The notes beneath the pieces were generated by a model. That model saw only the letters and a program-made list of their open reading frames with translations, was not told the origin of the DNA and searched no databases. Positions 54,002-63,017 of a stretch of DNA of 64,000 nt are shown one piece after another (within the stretch, counting starts at the first letter, position 1; every line of letters starts with the position of its first letter). Where the stretch lies: the NCBI GenBank assembly GCA_963830915.1, contig CAWHOE010000035.1, positions 1 through 64,000 of the forward strand, in the 5' to 3' direction. Both the position numbers and the translations under genes were made by a program. This stretch comes from a candidate division FCPU426 bacterium (GTDB lineage Bacteria; Oederibacteriota; Muellerivitia; Muellerivitales; Muellerivitaceae).

Positions 54002-55330
54002 TTACAGTATCTTCGCGGCCAGGGCGGCCAGTTGGGACCTTTCGCTCTTGGACAGGGTGATATGCCCGAACAGCTCCTGGCCCTTGAAATGCTCGGCCAG
54101 GTACACGATGCCGTTGGATGAGGCGTCCAGATAGGGGTTGTCGATCTGGTAAGGGTCGCCGGTCATGATGATCTTGGTGCCGGCCCCGGCCCTGGACACG
54201 ATGGTCTTGATCTCGTGGGGGGTCAGGTTCTGGGCCTCGTCTACGATCATGAATTGTTTGGGGATGGAACGACCCCTGATATAGGTCAGGGCTTCCAGTT
54301 CCAGCTTATGGGCGTCCAACAGGTATTGGACCTTATCGTCCACATCCTCCGTCTCGTTCTGCAGGTGGCCTTTATCCAGGATGAATTCCAGGTTGTCGAA
54401 GATGGGCTGCATCCAGTTCATGAGCTTCTCGTCCTTGGTACCAGGCAGGTAGCCGATGTCCTTGCCCATGGGCACGATAGGACGGGATACCAGGACCCTG
54501 CGGTATTTCTTCTCGTCCAGCGATTTCAAAAGGCCCGCCGCCAGGGCCAAGAGGGTCTTGCCCGTTCCGGCCTCCCCCACCAGGGTCACCATGCTGATGC
54601 GGTCATTCAAAAGGAGGTTCAGGGCGAAATGTTGTTCCAGGTTCAAGGCCTTGATGCCCCAGGCTTCCGGGTCCTTGAACCAGAGGGATTGGGCTTCCTT
54701 GGCCGAGTCCTTGTAGATGGCCCGGGCCGTCTTTCCCTCGTGGATATCGCTCTTCAGCAGGAGGAACTCGTTCTCATATAATTGGGCCTGGTTCAAATAT
54801 GGTTTGAGCGCCAGCTTACCGGTTTTGTAGAAGTCATCGATCTCCGAATCTTTCACCGTGAGAGTGGCCCAACCCGAATAGAGTTCGTCGATGTTGACCT
54901 TGTTGGTCTCGAAATCCTCCGATTCCACTCCCAGCGCGTCCGCCTTCACCCGAACATTGATATCCTTCGTGATGAACCTGACATCCTCCCCCTTCTCCTT
55001 CAAGGCCAGGGCGATACCGATGATGTTGTTATCGATCTTCATGTGGGATAGGGAAGCTGGGAGGTGGTTATTGGGGGTGCTTATGTCGACCCTCAAAGTT
55101 CCCCCATTGGGCAAAGGCACACCGGCTGGCAGGTTCCCCTTGCTCCTCAAGTCGTCCAGCAGGCGGGCCACCTCGCGGGCGTTGCGGCCCCTCTCATCCT
55201 GGTATTTCTTGAAGGTGTCCAGTTCTTCGATGACCCCCAGGGGAATGACCACGATGTTGTCCTCGAAAGACGAGATGGCCTGAGGATTGTGGATCAGGAC
55301 GTTGGTATCCAGGACAAAGGTTTTTTTCAT
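54002..55330 (-). CDS. PhoH2/YlaK-type PIN-domain + PhoH ATPase protein
   Basis: VLDTNVL PIN start, GEAGTGKT, YIRGRS, IVDEAQN, GDPYQID; start set at ATG 55330. Confidence 0.93.
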   Translation of the reverse strand: MKKTFVLDTNVLIHNPQAISSFEDNIVVIPLGVIEELDTFKKYQDERGRNAREVARLLDDLRSKGNLPAGVPLPNGGTLRVDISTPNNHLPASLSHMKIDNNIIGIALALKEKGEDVRFITKDINVRVKADALGVESEDFETNKVNIDELYSGWATLTVKDSEIDDFYKTGKLALKPYLNQAQLYENEFLLLKSDIHEGKTARAIYKDSAKEAQSLWFKDPEAWGIKALNLEQHFALNLLLNDRISMVTLVGEAGTGKTLLALAAGLLKSLDEKKYRRVLVSRPIVPMGKDIGYLPGTKDEKLMNWMQPIFDNLEFILDKGHLQNETEDVDDKVQYLLDAHKLELEALTYIRGRSIPKQFMIVDEAQNLTPHEIKTIVSRAGAGTKIIMTGDPYQIDNPYLDASSNGIVYLAEHFKGQELFGHITLSKSERSQLAALAAKIL

Positions 55331-55947
55331 GGGACATGCGCCTCCGGGCGGGAGAGATGGGGCTTCACCAGCTGGAACAACGACAGGGCCAATTGCCAGG
55401 CCCATTGGATTGTATCGGTAACGGCTTTTGAAAGAGGCAAGACTTGAGGCCAAACCAGCGCGGTCAGTAACATTACGACAATCATATTACCCGCCAAAAT
55501 GAAAATCAATGAGAACACCACGCCTCCGTCCTTCAGGTCCGTCTGGGGATGGGAGAGGGAATAAATTGTCAGCGCGATGTGGAAGGCGTAGGTGAATCCG
55601 ATGAGTCCCAGGAGATAGATCTTGAAGGGCTCGGCCGCGATGGCGTAAAGACCCACCGTAACAGCCGTGTAAAAAGGGAAGATATAGGGCGCCAAACTGA
55701 TGAAGATGTGCGATTTGTTGACCACCGTAGAACCGCCGGTCGTCGTGGCGTGGATGGCCGTGACCTTCCCGCCCATCAGGACCGCGGCCAGGGCGTGGGT
55801 CAGTTCGTGGGCCATCACGTGGCTGAGGATGGGTTTGAAAAAAGCCACTTGAAGGACCAGGTAAAGGACCATTCCGCCCAGAAAAACCAGGGTAATCTCC
55901 GACCGCCAGGGAATAAAGCAAAGGGATTTAGCCCAGACGACCGCCAT
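55327..55947 (-). CDS. Membrane Zn-metallopeptidase, M50-like (possibly 5'-frameshifted)
   Basis: HELTH (HExxH), ISLAPY, QTDL, several TMs. Confidence 0.75.
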   Translation of the reverse strand: MAVVWAKSLCFIPWRSEITLVFLGGMVLYLVLQVAFFKPILSHVMAHELTHALAAVLMGGKVTAIHATTTGGSTVVNKSHIFISLAPYIFPFYTAVTVGLYAIAAEPFKIYLLGLIGFTYAFHIALTIYSLSHPQTDLKDGGVVFSLIFILAGNMIVVMLLTALVWPQVLPLSKAVTDTIQWAWQLALSLFQLVKPHLSRPEAHVP

Positions 55948-56052
55948 GGCGGCCGTCCCAGACCAGCAGAACGCCGAAGAAAACTTTCAATATCAAACCA
56001 AAGAGGAATTTCTTGACCGCCAATATTCACGACCTGTCAGGTTGGATTTTTC

Positions 56053-56970
56053 TTAAGCTTCCGCATCCTCATCATCATGAGGCGCTTCCTGGTCCCACTG
56101 GATCTCCATGGCGATCTTATAAACCACTTCCCGGGGCAGGTCCCGAAGTTTGCAGACCGCCTTCACCGCCTCGGTCTTGGAATGGTGCTGTTCCTTCATC
56201 AATTGGACCAGTTGGTCGGCGATGGAAACACCCACCCATTTCTCCTGGTCCGAATGGTCGACCTTCTCCCCGCCCTCCACCACAATGACGAACTCACCCA
56301 TCGGCTCGTTGGTCTTGAAATGTTTCCATAGTTCCTGCAGGTTCCCCCGGACGAACTCCTCGTGCATCTTGGTCAATTCCCTCCCCACCACCGCCTGGCG
56401 GTTCCCGAACACGTTCATCATGTCTTTCAAGCTGTTGCGCATCCGATGGGGGGACTCGTAGAAGACCAGGGTCCTTTCCTCTGACTTCACTTGATGAAGG
56501 GCCGTGCGCCGGTCAGCCGGTTTGGAAGGCAGGAAACCCATGAAGGTAAAGGGAGTGGAAGGAAAACCGGTGGCGGGCAGGACCGCCAAAAGGGCGGAAG
56601 CCCCAGGGATAGGCACTACCGCAAAACCCTTTTCGACCACCGCCTTGACCACGAGATAACCGGGATCGGAAATGCCCGGCATCCCCGCGTCCGAAACCAG
56701 GGCCACCGAGCCTCCCTCTTCCAGGGTCTTCAGTATCTCCCCCAGCCTTTTGGCCTCGTTATGCTCGAAACAGGAAATGAGCCTGGTTGGCTGGATGCCA
56801 AAATGGGTTAATAACTTCAAGGTGTTGCGGGTATCCTCAGCGGCAATGAGAGTGGCTCCCTTGAGCACCTTCAATGCGCGAGAGGTCATATCCTCTAGAT
56901 TTCCGATGGGAGTAGCCACCAGGTAAAGGGTGGATGGCTTGATGGCGTTCTTTTCGCTATTTACGGACAC
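56053..56970 (-). CDS. rsmI: 16S rRNA C1402 2'-O-methyltransferase
   Basis: LYLVATPIGNLED, SDAGMPGISDPG, YESPHR, RELTK.HEE. Confidence 0.97.
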   Translation of the reverse strand: MSVNSEKNAIKPSTLYLVATPIGNLEDMTSRALKVLKGATLIAAEDTRNTLKLLTHFGIQPTRLISCFEHNEAKRLGEILKTLEEGGSVALVSDAGMPGISDPGYLVVKAVVEKGFAVVPIPGASALLAVLPATGFPSTPFTFMGFLPSKPADRRTALHQVKSEERTLVFYESPHRMRNSLKDMMNVFGNRQAVVGRELTKMHEEFVRGNLQELWKHFKTNEPMGEFVIVVEGGEKVDHSDQEKWVGVSIADQLVQLMKEQHHSKTEAVKAVCKLRDLPREVVYKIAMEIQWDQEAPHDDEDAEA

Positions 56971-57571
56971 GGCGCCTTCCCTTCTTGGGTTTAGATCTTG
57001 AAATCTCAGGATTTGAAGAATGTGTTTTGGCTTGGTTCATTGTAAATGGCTTCGTGACCGTCCACATCGCCCAACCGATGGCCATTCCTATCAGCCATCC
57101 CCCCAGAACATCCGAAGGGTAATGCACCCCCAAATAAACACGGGAAAGCCCTACTAAAAAAGCCACCAAAGCGCAAAACCAGGCCCAGGGCGGATAGGCC
57201 AGCGCTAATAGGGTCATGGAGCCTCCCATGTTGGTGGCATGGCTGGAAGGGAAAGAATAAGAAGAGGGTTTATCGTCCGGTGTCAGGACCCCGGACAGGG
57301 CGTTGCATGGGCGGACACGGTCGAAGAGCCCCTTGAAAACATGGGCTGAAAGTTGGTCCGTCAAGAGGACCGTTAGGATAAGGGCCAGCGCCATCCATCG
57401 GCCTTTTTTGCCCCCTTTAAAAAGGAGAAGCAAAAGCAAAAGAAGGATCAGGATATTGAAATGATGGTAATTGGTGATGAAGCGGAAGAACCCGTCCAAC
57501 CATTGGTTGGACCAACCCTCATTGATCCATCGAAAGATGGCCACATCCACGGAATAAAGGAAGGTTCCCAA
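56957..57571 (-). CDS. PAP2-family membrane phosphatase
   Basis: K....R.RP, SFPSSHA, SRVYLGVHYPSDV. Confidence 0.93.
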   Translation of the reverse strand: MGTFLYSVDVAIFRWINEGWSNQWLDGFFRFITNYHHFNILILLLLLLLLFKGGKKGRWMALALILTVLLTDQLSAHVFKGLFDRVRPCNALSGVLTPDDKPSSYSFPSSHATNMGGSMTLLALAYPPWAWFCALVAFLVGLSRVYLGVHYPSDVLGGWLIGMAIGWAMWTVTKPFTMNQAKTHSSNPEISRSKPKKGRRRVRK

Positions 57572-57575
57572 GGGA

Positions 57576-58691
57576 TCAAACAGCCAATGGGACGGGGTCG
57601 GTTTCGGGAAGGGTCCGGTGGAGCTCTTCCAGGCTCTTGATCACCCACTCGGCGTCATCCGAGGTCAGCAGTTTCTGACGCAGGTCCCGGGCCCCCACGA
57701 ACCCCTTCAGGTAATGGGAAAGATGCTTGCGCATCTCAAGTAATCCCATCCGAGACCCCTTTACCTCGATGGAGCATTTCAACTGTTCCAAGGCCACTCC
57801 CATCTTGTACTTCAAAGATAGGATCTTCATGGGCTTCCCCGTTTCCAGGTAATGGTTGATCTCCTCGAAGATCCAGGGCGAACCCATGCTTCCCCGGCCG
57901 ATCATGATGCCGTCGCAGCCGGTCTGCTGGAAAAGCTTCCAGGCGTCCTCGGCCGATCTGACATCCCCGTTCCCGATGATAGGGATGCGGGCCTTCTGCT
58001 TCAGCCGGGTAATGATGTCCCAATTGGCCTTGCCCTCGAACATCTGGTCGCGGGTCCGGGCGTGGACCGCCAGGGCCGAGGCCCCGGCCTCCTCCACCGA
58101 GTGGAGCAATTCGAAGACCGACTCATCCTGGGCGCCGAAACCGGCTCGGGTCTTGACCGTAATGGGCACCCTGCCCCCGGTCGACTTCACCATGGCCTCC
58201 ACGATCCAACCGGCCCTCTGGGGTTCCTTGAGCACCGCCGCCCCGGAGTCGCATTTGAGGATCTTTCCCACCGGACAGCCGAAATTGATGTCGATGACGT
58301 CCGGATGGATGTCCCCCTCCACCCTGGCCGCCGCCTCACCCATGATGGCGGGATCCCCGCCAAAAAGTTGCACACCCACGGGCCTTTCAGGGTCGGTGAA
58401 TTCCATCAATTCGCGGGTCTTGTCGCTTCCGGCAATGAGGGCACGGGAACTGACCATCTCGGTAACGACCATGGCCGCTCCGTAACGCCGGGCCAAACGC
58501 CGGAAGGCCGTGTCGGTATAACCCGCCATGGGGGCCAGGAAAACACGCCCATCCAGGGTGAGATTGCCCAGTTTGAACTCCCTGGCTGGTTTACCCATCC
58601 CCTCCAGGGGGGCGTCAGACAATTCATCCGCCGGTTTTCGGTTGGAGGGAGTCTCGATGGATTCTGGGTCTTGTCGGGCAAGAACGCTCAT
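57576..58691 (-). CDS. dusB: tRNA-dihydrouridine synthase B
   Basis: LAPMAG.TD, DINFGCPV, VHART, IGNGD, MIGRG..G.PW. Confidence 0.93.
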   Translation of the reverse strand: MSVLARQDPESIETPSNRKPADELSDAPLEGMGKPAREFKLGNLTLDGRVFLAPMAGYTDTAFRRLARRYGAAMVVTEMVSSRALIAGSDKTRELMEFTDPERPVGVQLFGGDPAIMGEAAARVEGDIHPDVIDINFGCPVGKILKCDSGAAVLKEPQRAGWIVEAMVKSTGGRVPITVKTRAGFGAQDESVFELLHSVEEAGASALAVHARTRDQMFEGKANWDIITRLKQKARIPIIGNGDVRSAEDAWKLFQQTGCDGIMIGRGSMGSPWIFEEINHYLETGKPMKILSLKYKMGVALEQLKCSIEVKGSRMGLLEMRKHLSHYLKGFVGARDLRQKLLTSDDAEWVIKSLEELHRTLPETDPVPLAV

Positions 58692-58865
58692 GCGTTAACC
58701 CGCTCGAGGCCCGAAAAGATGATAACTGGATGGGATTTTAAGGAATTTTCTTTCATCGGCTCATTGTAGCAAGAAGGGGGTATGGCTGGAAGGGTACTCA
58801 AAAACCTCTACGCAATCAATTTTCAGAAGGCGAAATGAGCCCAAACTTATGCTGAATGACCTCGA

Positions 58866-59130
58866 CCAGAGGCGACCGAGGCCTGGCCGGTAGCTGACCG
58901 GGGGGTGGCCGGTAACCGGCCAGAGGCGACAGGGCCCGGCCGGTAGCTGACCGGGGGGTGGCCGGTAACCGGCCAAAGGCGACAGGGGCCCGACCGGTAG
59001 CTGACCGGGGGGTGGCCGGTAACCGGCCAGAGGCGACCGGGGGGTGGCCGGTAACCGGCTAGAGGCGACCGGGGCCCAGCCGGTAGCTGACCGGGGGGTG
59101 GCCGGTAACCGGTCAGAGACGACCGGGGGA
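58866..59130. repeat. GC-rich tandem array of ~54-bp palindromic units
   Basis: Units start at 58866, 58920, 58973, 59027 (32 bp, internally deleted), 59059, 59113 (partial); core GACCGGGGGGTGGCCGGTAACCGG occurs five times. Confidence 0.95.
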
Positions 59131-59186
59131 GAAAATAATGGTTTTTAAGAATTCAAGCTCTCCGCTGATGGAATGGTAGCTTCAGT

Positions 59187-60197
59187 TCAATAAAAAGAAC
59201 CGGTGGGGTTGGCGGTGGCTGAAAAATCCGCCGATTTACCCAAGGCCAATTGGTGGGCCCCTAGCCCGGCGATCATGGCGGCGTTATCCGAGCAAAACTT
59301 GGGCGGAGGGACCCTCAGAACCGCCTTGAAGTCGTTAGCTTCTTTCTTCAAGGCTTCCCTGACCGCCTGATTACAGGCCACTCCCCCGCCGACAAGCAGG
59401 CTCTTGGGCCTTGCCTCGAACATGGCTTTGCGGACCCTCAGGATGATCTCCTCGATGACGGTGTTCTGGAACTTGGCGGCGAAATGGGCCATGTCCTTCT
59501 CATCCTTGGGCGGGTTTTTTTTGAATTCCAGGGAGGCCGCTGTCTTGAGCCCGGAGAAAGAAAAATCCTGGCTGTGATCCTTCATTCGGGAGAGGGAAAA
59601 ATGACCCGGCGCTCCCTGGTGCTTCTGGGCCAATTTTTCGATCAAAGGCCCCCCGGGGTAGCCCAAGCCCATCATTTTGGCGACCTTGTCATAAGCTTCC
59701 CCCGCCGCGTCATCACGGGTGGAAGCAAGTAGACGGTAAACTCCCCAATCCTCGATATGGTAAAGCTCGGTGTGACCGCCGGACACGACCAGACCGATGG
59801 CCGGGAAAAGGACAGGTTCGTCATTGAGTCTGGCGGCGTATAGATGGGCCTCGATATGGTGTATAGCGACGAAGGGAATCTTGAGGCTGAGGGCCAGACC
59901 CTTGGCCGCGGATAGCCCAATTAAAAGTGCCCCGATCAACCCAGGCGAGGCCGTCACGGCGATACCCGAAAGGTCGTCATAAGCCACCTGGGCTTGTTTC
60001 AAAGCCGAGGGAATGAGGATGGGAAGGGATTCCAGATGCTGGCGGGAGGCCACTTCCGGCACCACGCCCCCGTAACGGTTATGCAGTTCGATCTGGGTGG
60101 CGACCTCATTGGAAAGTACCCGGTAGCCGTCCTCGACCACCGCCACCGACGTTTCGTCGCAGGAGGATTCAATACCCAGAACCAAATTCTTAGCCAT
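59187..60197 (-). CDS. tsaD: tRNA t6A threonylcarbamoyltransferase TsaD
   Basis: LGIESSCDET, GGVVPEVASRQH, HIEAH, VSGGHT, DNAAMIA; start set at ATG 60197. Confidence 0.97.
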   Translation of the reverse strand: MAKNLVLGIESSCDETSVAVVEDGYRVLSNEVATQIELHNRYGGVVPEVASRQHLESLPILIPSALKQAQVAYDDLSGIAVTASPGLIGALLIGLSAAKGLALSLKIPFVAIHHIEAHLYAARLNDEPVLFPAIGLVVSGGHTELYHIEDWGVYRLLASTRDDAAGEAYDKVAKMMGLGYPGGPLIEKLAQKHQGAPGHFSLSRMKDHSQDFSFSGLKTAASLEFKKNPPKDEKDMAHFAAKFQNTVIEEIILRVRKAMFEARPKSLLVGGGVACNQAVREALKKEANDFKAVLRVPPPKFCSDNAAMIAGLGAHQLALGKSADFSATANPTGSFY

Positions 60198-60241
60198 AAA
60201 AATTCCCTCGATGAAAACTTTCAAATAAACGCAAAGACCCT

Positions 60242-61408
60242 CTATTCTTTCACAGCCTCGGATAGATACACGAACTGGATACCCTGACCCTGGAGTCTTT
60301 GGACTTCTTCGGCCATCGTTTTCAAGGTCACATACTTGAAATGACCGATCCCAACCGCCAGCCCGTTCTTCTTGGCTTTCGCCACCAATTTATCCATTTG
60401 TTGACGGATCTTCTCGGGCGACACCACATTATCCAGGAAGATGTCCCGGTGGGAATGGGCAAGTTGGATCTTCTCGGCTTCCTTTTCCCCCACGGTCGCC
60501 ACTGAGGTCCGGGAATCCAGGAAAAAAAGCCCTCTTTTTTTGAGCCAATCGCAGACCGCCGACATCAATTGGGGATCGGTGGAAGCCAGGCTTCCCATAT
60601 GGTTGTTCAATCCCACGCAACCCGGGATATTATCGAAAGCCGCCTGAAGATTCCGTTCCACATCGGGAACGCTCATCCCTCTTTTCAAGTATTCGGGATA
60701 AGCCCCTTTGGGGAACTTTTCCGTTCCTTCCATGGGCATATGACAGATGACCTCGATGCCATGGGAGGGCACATCCTTGGCCAGGCTGGTGGAGAACTCC
60801 GTCCCCGGGATGAGAGCCAGGGTCACGGGCACCTTGAAATCATAAAGACGTTCCAGCGCCTCTCCCCTCTGGTAACCCCCGTCGTCGATGATCAGGCAGA
60901 TACGCGGTTTCTTGGTCTGAATGAAGGTGATCTCGACCGGCGTCCAGGAATCATCGAACCCGAAGCTATAGCGGAAAAGGCTGACCGTCGGAACCCCTGA
61001 CACCGAGCCGGATCTTTGAGTGACCTTGACCCCAAAAGGCTTGGCGGTTTGGGCCAAACGTTCGGCCAATTGGTCGGCGGTATAGCGGGCGGGCAGGCGG
61101 AAACTTTCACGGTAGGTGGAAGCGGTTTTGCCCTGGACGGTGGCCGACTCCTCGAGGATCTCCCCTTCCCTCAACTTCAAAACATCCAGGGTTTCCAACT
61201 CATCGTTCAAAGTCTTGAGCAGGGTTGCCGAAGTCACCTGGTTGGAAGGGATGGAAGCCACGGGAGTGGGTGTCCCGGAAGGCAGGGTGGGTGTTCTCAA
61301 GTACCACCGAAGGAGCAACCCCACCGCGCCAGCCACCAGCAACACCAGGGCCAGGTTCAATAAAAAGCCCCGCAGTTCCCCTCTTTGGCCCAACCGCCGG
61401 GGGCTCAA
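60242..61408 (-). CDS. Divergent polysaccharide deacetylase (YibQ-like), membrane anchored
   Basis: IIDDGG, HMPME, NNHMGS, FLDSRT, RDIFLD, IGH. Confidence 0.9.
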   Translation of the reverse strand: MSPRRLGQRGELRGFLLNLALVLLVAGAVGLLLRWYLRTPTLPSGTPTPVASIPSNQVTSATLLKTLNDELETLDVLKLREGEILEESATVQGKTASTYRESFRLPARYTADQLAERLAQTAKPFGVKVTQRSGSVSGVPTVSLFRYSFGFDDSWTPVEITFIQTKKPRICLIIDDGGYQRGEALERLYDFKVPVTLALIPGTEFSTSLAKDVPSHGIEVICHMPMEGTEKFPKGAYPEYLKRGMSVPDVERNLQAAFDNIPGCVGLNNHMGSLASTDPQLMSAVCDWLKKRGLFFLDSRTSVATVGEKEAEKIQLAHSHRDIFLDNVVSPEKIRQQMDKLVAKAKKNGLAVGIGHFKYVTLKTMAEEVQRLQGQGIQFVYLSEAVKE

Positions 61409-61417
61409 CGAAAAGCC

Positions 61418-62980
61418 TTATTGCTGATCATCGTCTTTGGGCTTTTTACGCTCTTCCTCAAGCTTCTTTTCACCCGCGACCGCGTCCTTATCCGCCTTCT
61501 TCACGGGATATTTGGCCAACAACTCCTTGCTGATCTTCCCGTCATTCTTGATGATCTGTTCGGCGATGAGGACCTGAGGGTCCCGGATGACCGCGTCCTC
61601 GCGGGCTTCCTTCTCCCCTAATTTCTCCCGGATCAGTTCCACCAGCAGGCTGTTCTTCAGGTAGTCCTGGTCCTTCTTGAGCTCGTCCTTGTCGATCTTT
61701 TTGACGTTCTTGGCGCAATAGGCGTAGAAGTCTTCCATCATCTTGGGGGTGATGGCCATATCGGCGGTGACCTCGATCTTCTTTTTCACCAGTTCCTGGG
61801 CGAACTTTTCCGGCATCTGCTTGCTATAGACCTTCAGGGTGGACTCGGAAATATCATGGTCCTTCAGGTCCAGGTCCGGATCGATCCCGATACCGTGGAT
61901 GCAGATATGGTTGGGGGTGAAATACTTGGCCATGGTGAGGCGCAAGGCGGCCCCGTCGCTGTTATCCAGGGGCAGGATGGTCTGGACCGATCCCTTGCCG
62001 AAGGTCTTGGTCCCGATGAGCACGCCCCTTTTCCAATCCTTCAGGGCTCCGGCCACGATCTCGGCCCCGGAGGCGCTTCCCTCGTTGACCATGACCACGA
62101 CCGGCTTTTTCTTGTCGAATTTGTCGCCTTCGGTCACATGGAACACCTGGTTCTGGTTGACGCTCCGGCCCTCGGTGGAAACGATGGTCTTGCCGTCCTC
62201 GCCGAAGTAGTCGGACACTCCGACCGCCTCATTGAGCAATCCCCCCGGGTCGTTACGCAGGTCGATCACCAAGCCCTTCAAGGGCGACTGCTTCTGGAGC
62301 GCGTTGACGGCGTTCACGAAATCCTCGGTGGTATTCTCGATGAACTCGGAGATGCGCACATAACCGATGTCGCCGGGAAGCATATAGGACCGGATGCTCT
62401 CGATCTTGATGGCGTCCCGCACGATGGTCACGTCGAAAGGCTCATTCAGCCCTTCCCGGACGATGGTGATGGTGACCTTGGTGCCGATCTTGCCCCGGAG
62501 GCGCTTGACCGCGTCGTTGATGGTCATCATGTCGGTCTTTTCGTCGTTGATCTTGACGATCTTGTCTCCCGCCTTGATGCCGGCCCGATCCGCCGGGGTG
62601 CCCTCAATGGGCGAGATGACCGTCAGACGGTCGTCCTTCAGGGCGATCTCGATGCCCAATCCCCCGAACTTGCCCGAGGTCTCGGTCTGCATCTCTTTGT
62701 AATCCTCTGGGGGCATGAACTGGCTGAAGGGATCCAGGGTGGCGACCATTCCCTGCAGGGCCCCATAGATGAGGTCCTTCGGGTTGGTCTTGTCCACATC
62801 CACATACTTCTCGCGGATGATGGCCAAGGCGTCCACGAAGGGATTGAGGTACTTGTAAACGTCCTCTGAAGTTTCCTTGGGATTATTGTTGGATTGCGTC
62901 ACGGCCCCGGCGGTGAAGCTCACCACCGAGAGGGTGATCAGCATGAAGGCCACGGTCAAAAAGGATGGACGACGATTCAT
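61418..62980 (-). CDS. ctpA: Carboxyl-terminal processing protease (S41A, PDZ)
   Basis: FGGLGI, DLRNDPGG, SASGAEI, TFGKGSVQ. Confidence 0.95.
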   Translation of the reverse strand: MNRRPSFLTVAFMLITLSVVSFTAGAVTQSNNNPKETSEDVYKYLNPFVDALAIIREKYVDVDKTNPKDLIYGALQGMVATLDPFSQFMPPEDYKEMQTETSGKFGGLGIEIALKDDRLTVISPIEGTPADRAGIKAGDKIVKINDEKTDMMTINDAVKRLRGKIGTKVTITIVREGLNEPFDVTIVRDAIKIESIRSYMLPGDIGYVRISEFIENTTEDFVNAVNALQKQSPLKGLVIDLRNDPGGLLNEAVGVSDYFGEDGKTIVSTEGRSVNQNQVFHVTEGDKFDKKKPVVVMVNEGSASGAEIVAGALKDWKRGVLIGTKTFGKGSVQTILPLDNSDGAALRLTMAKYFTPNHICIHGIGIDPDLDLKDHDISESTLKVYSKQMPEKFAQELVKKKIEVTADMAITPKMMEDFYAYCAKNVKKIDKDELKKDQDYLKNSLLVELIREKLGEKEAREDAVIRDPQVLIAEQIIKNDGKISKELLAKYPVKKADKDAVAGEKKLEEERKKPKDDDQQ

Positions 62981-63017
62981 GACTTCCTCCTAGGATTTTC
63001 AGCTTGGCTTGGGACGA

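Noticed and set aside
58761..58976. 71-aa ORF starting in the tandem array
   Set aside because: Arises from repeat sequence, no SD, and repeat unit lengths are not frame-preserving
58866..59130. CRISPR array
   Set aside because: Sequences between the conserved cores are near-identical rather than unique spacers, and no cas genes are in the window
51321..62869. Long plus-strand ORFs opposite glmS/rsmA, dusB and ctpA (51321..52178, 57852..58769, 61856..62869)
   Set aside because: Overlap well-supported minus-strand genes in GC-rich sequence; typical shadow ORFs
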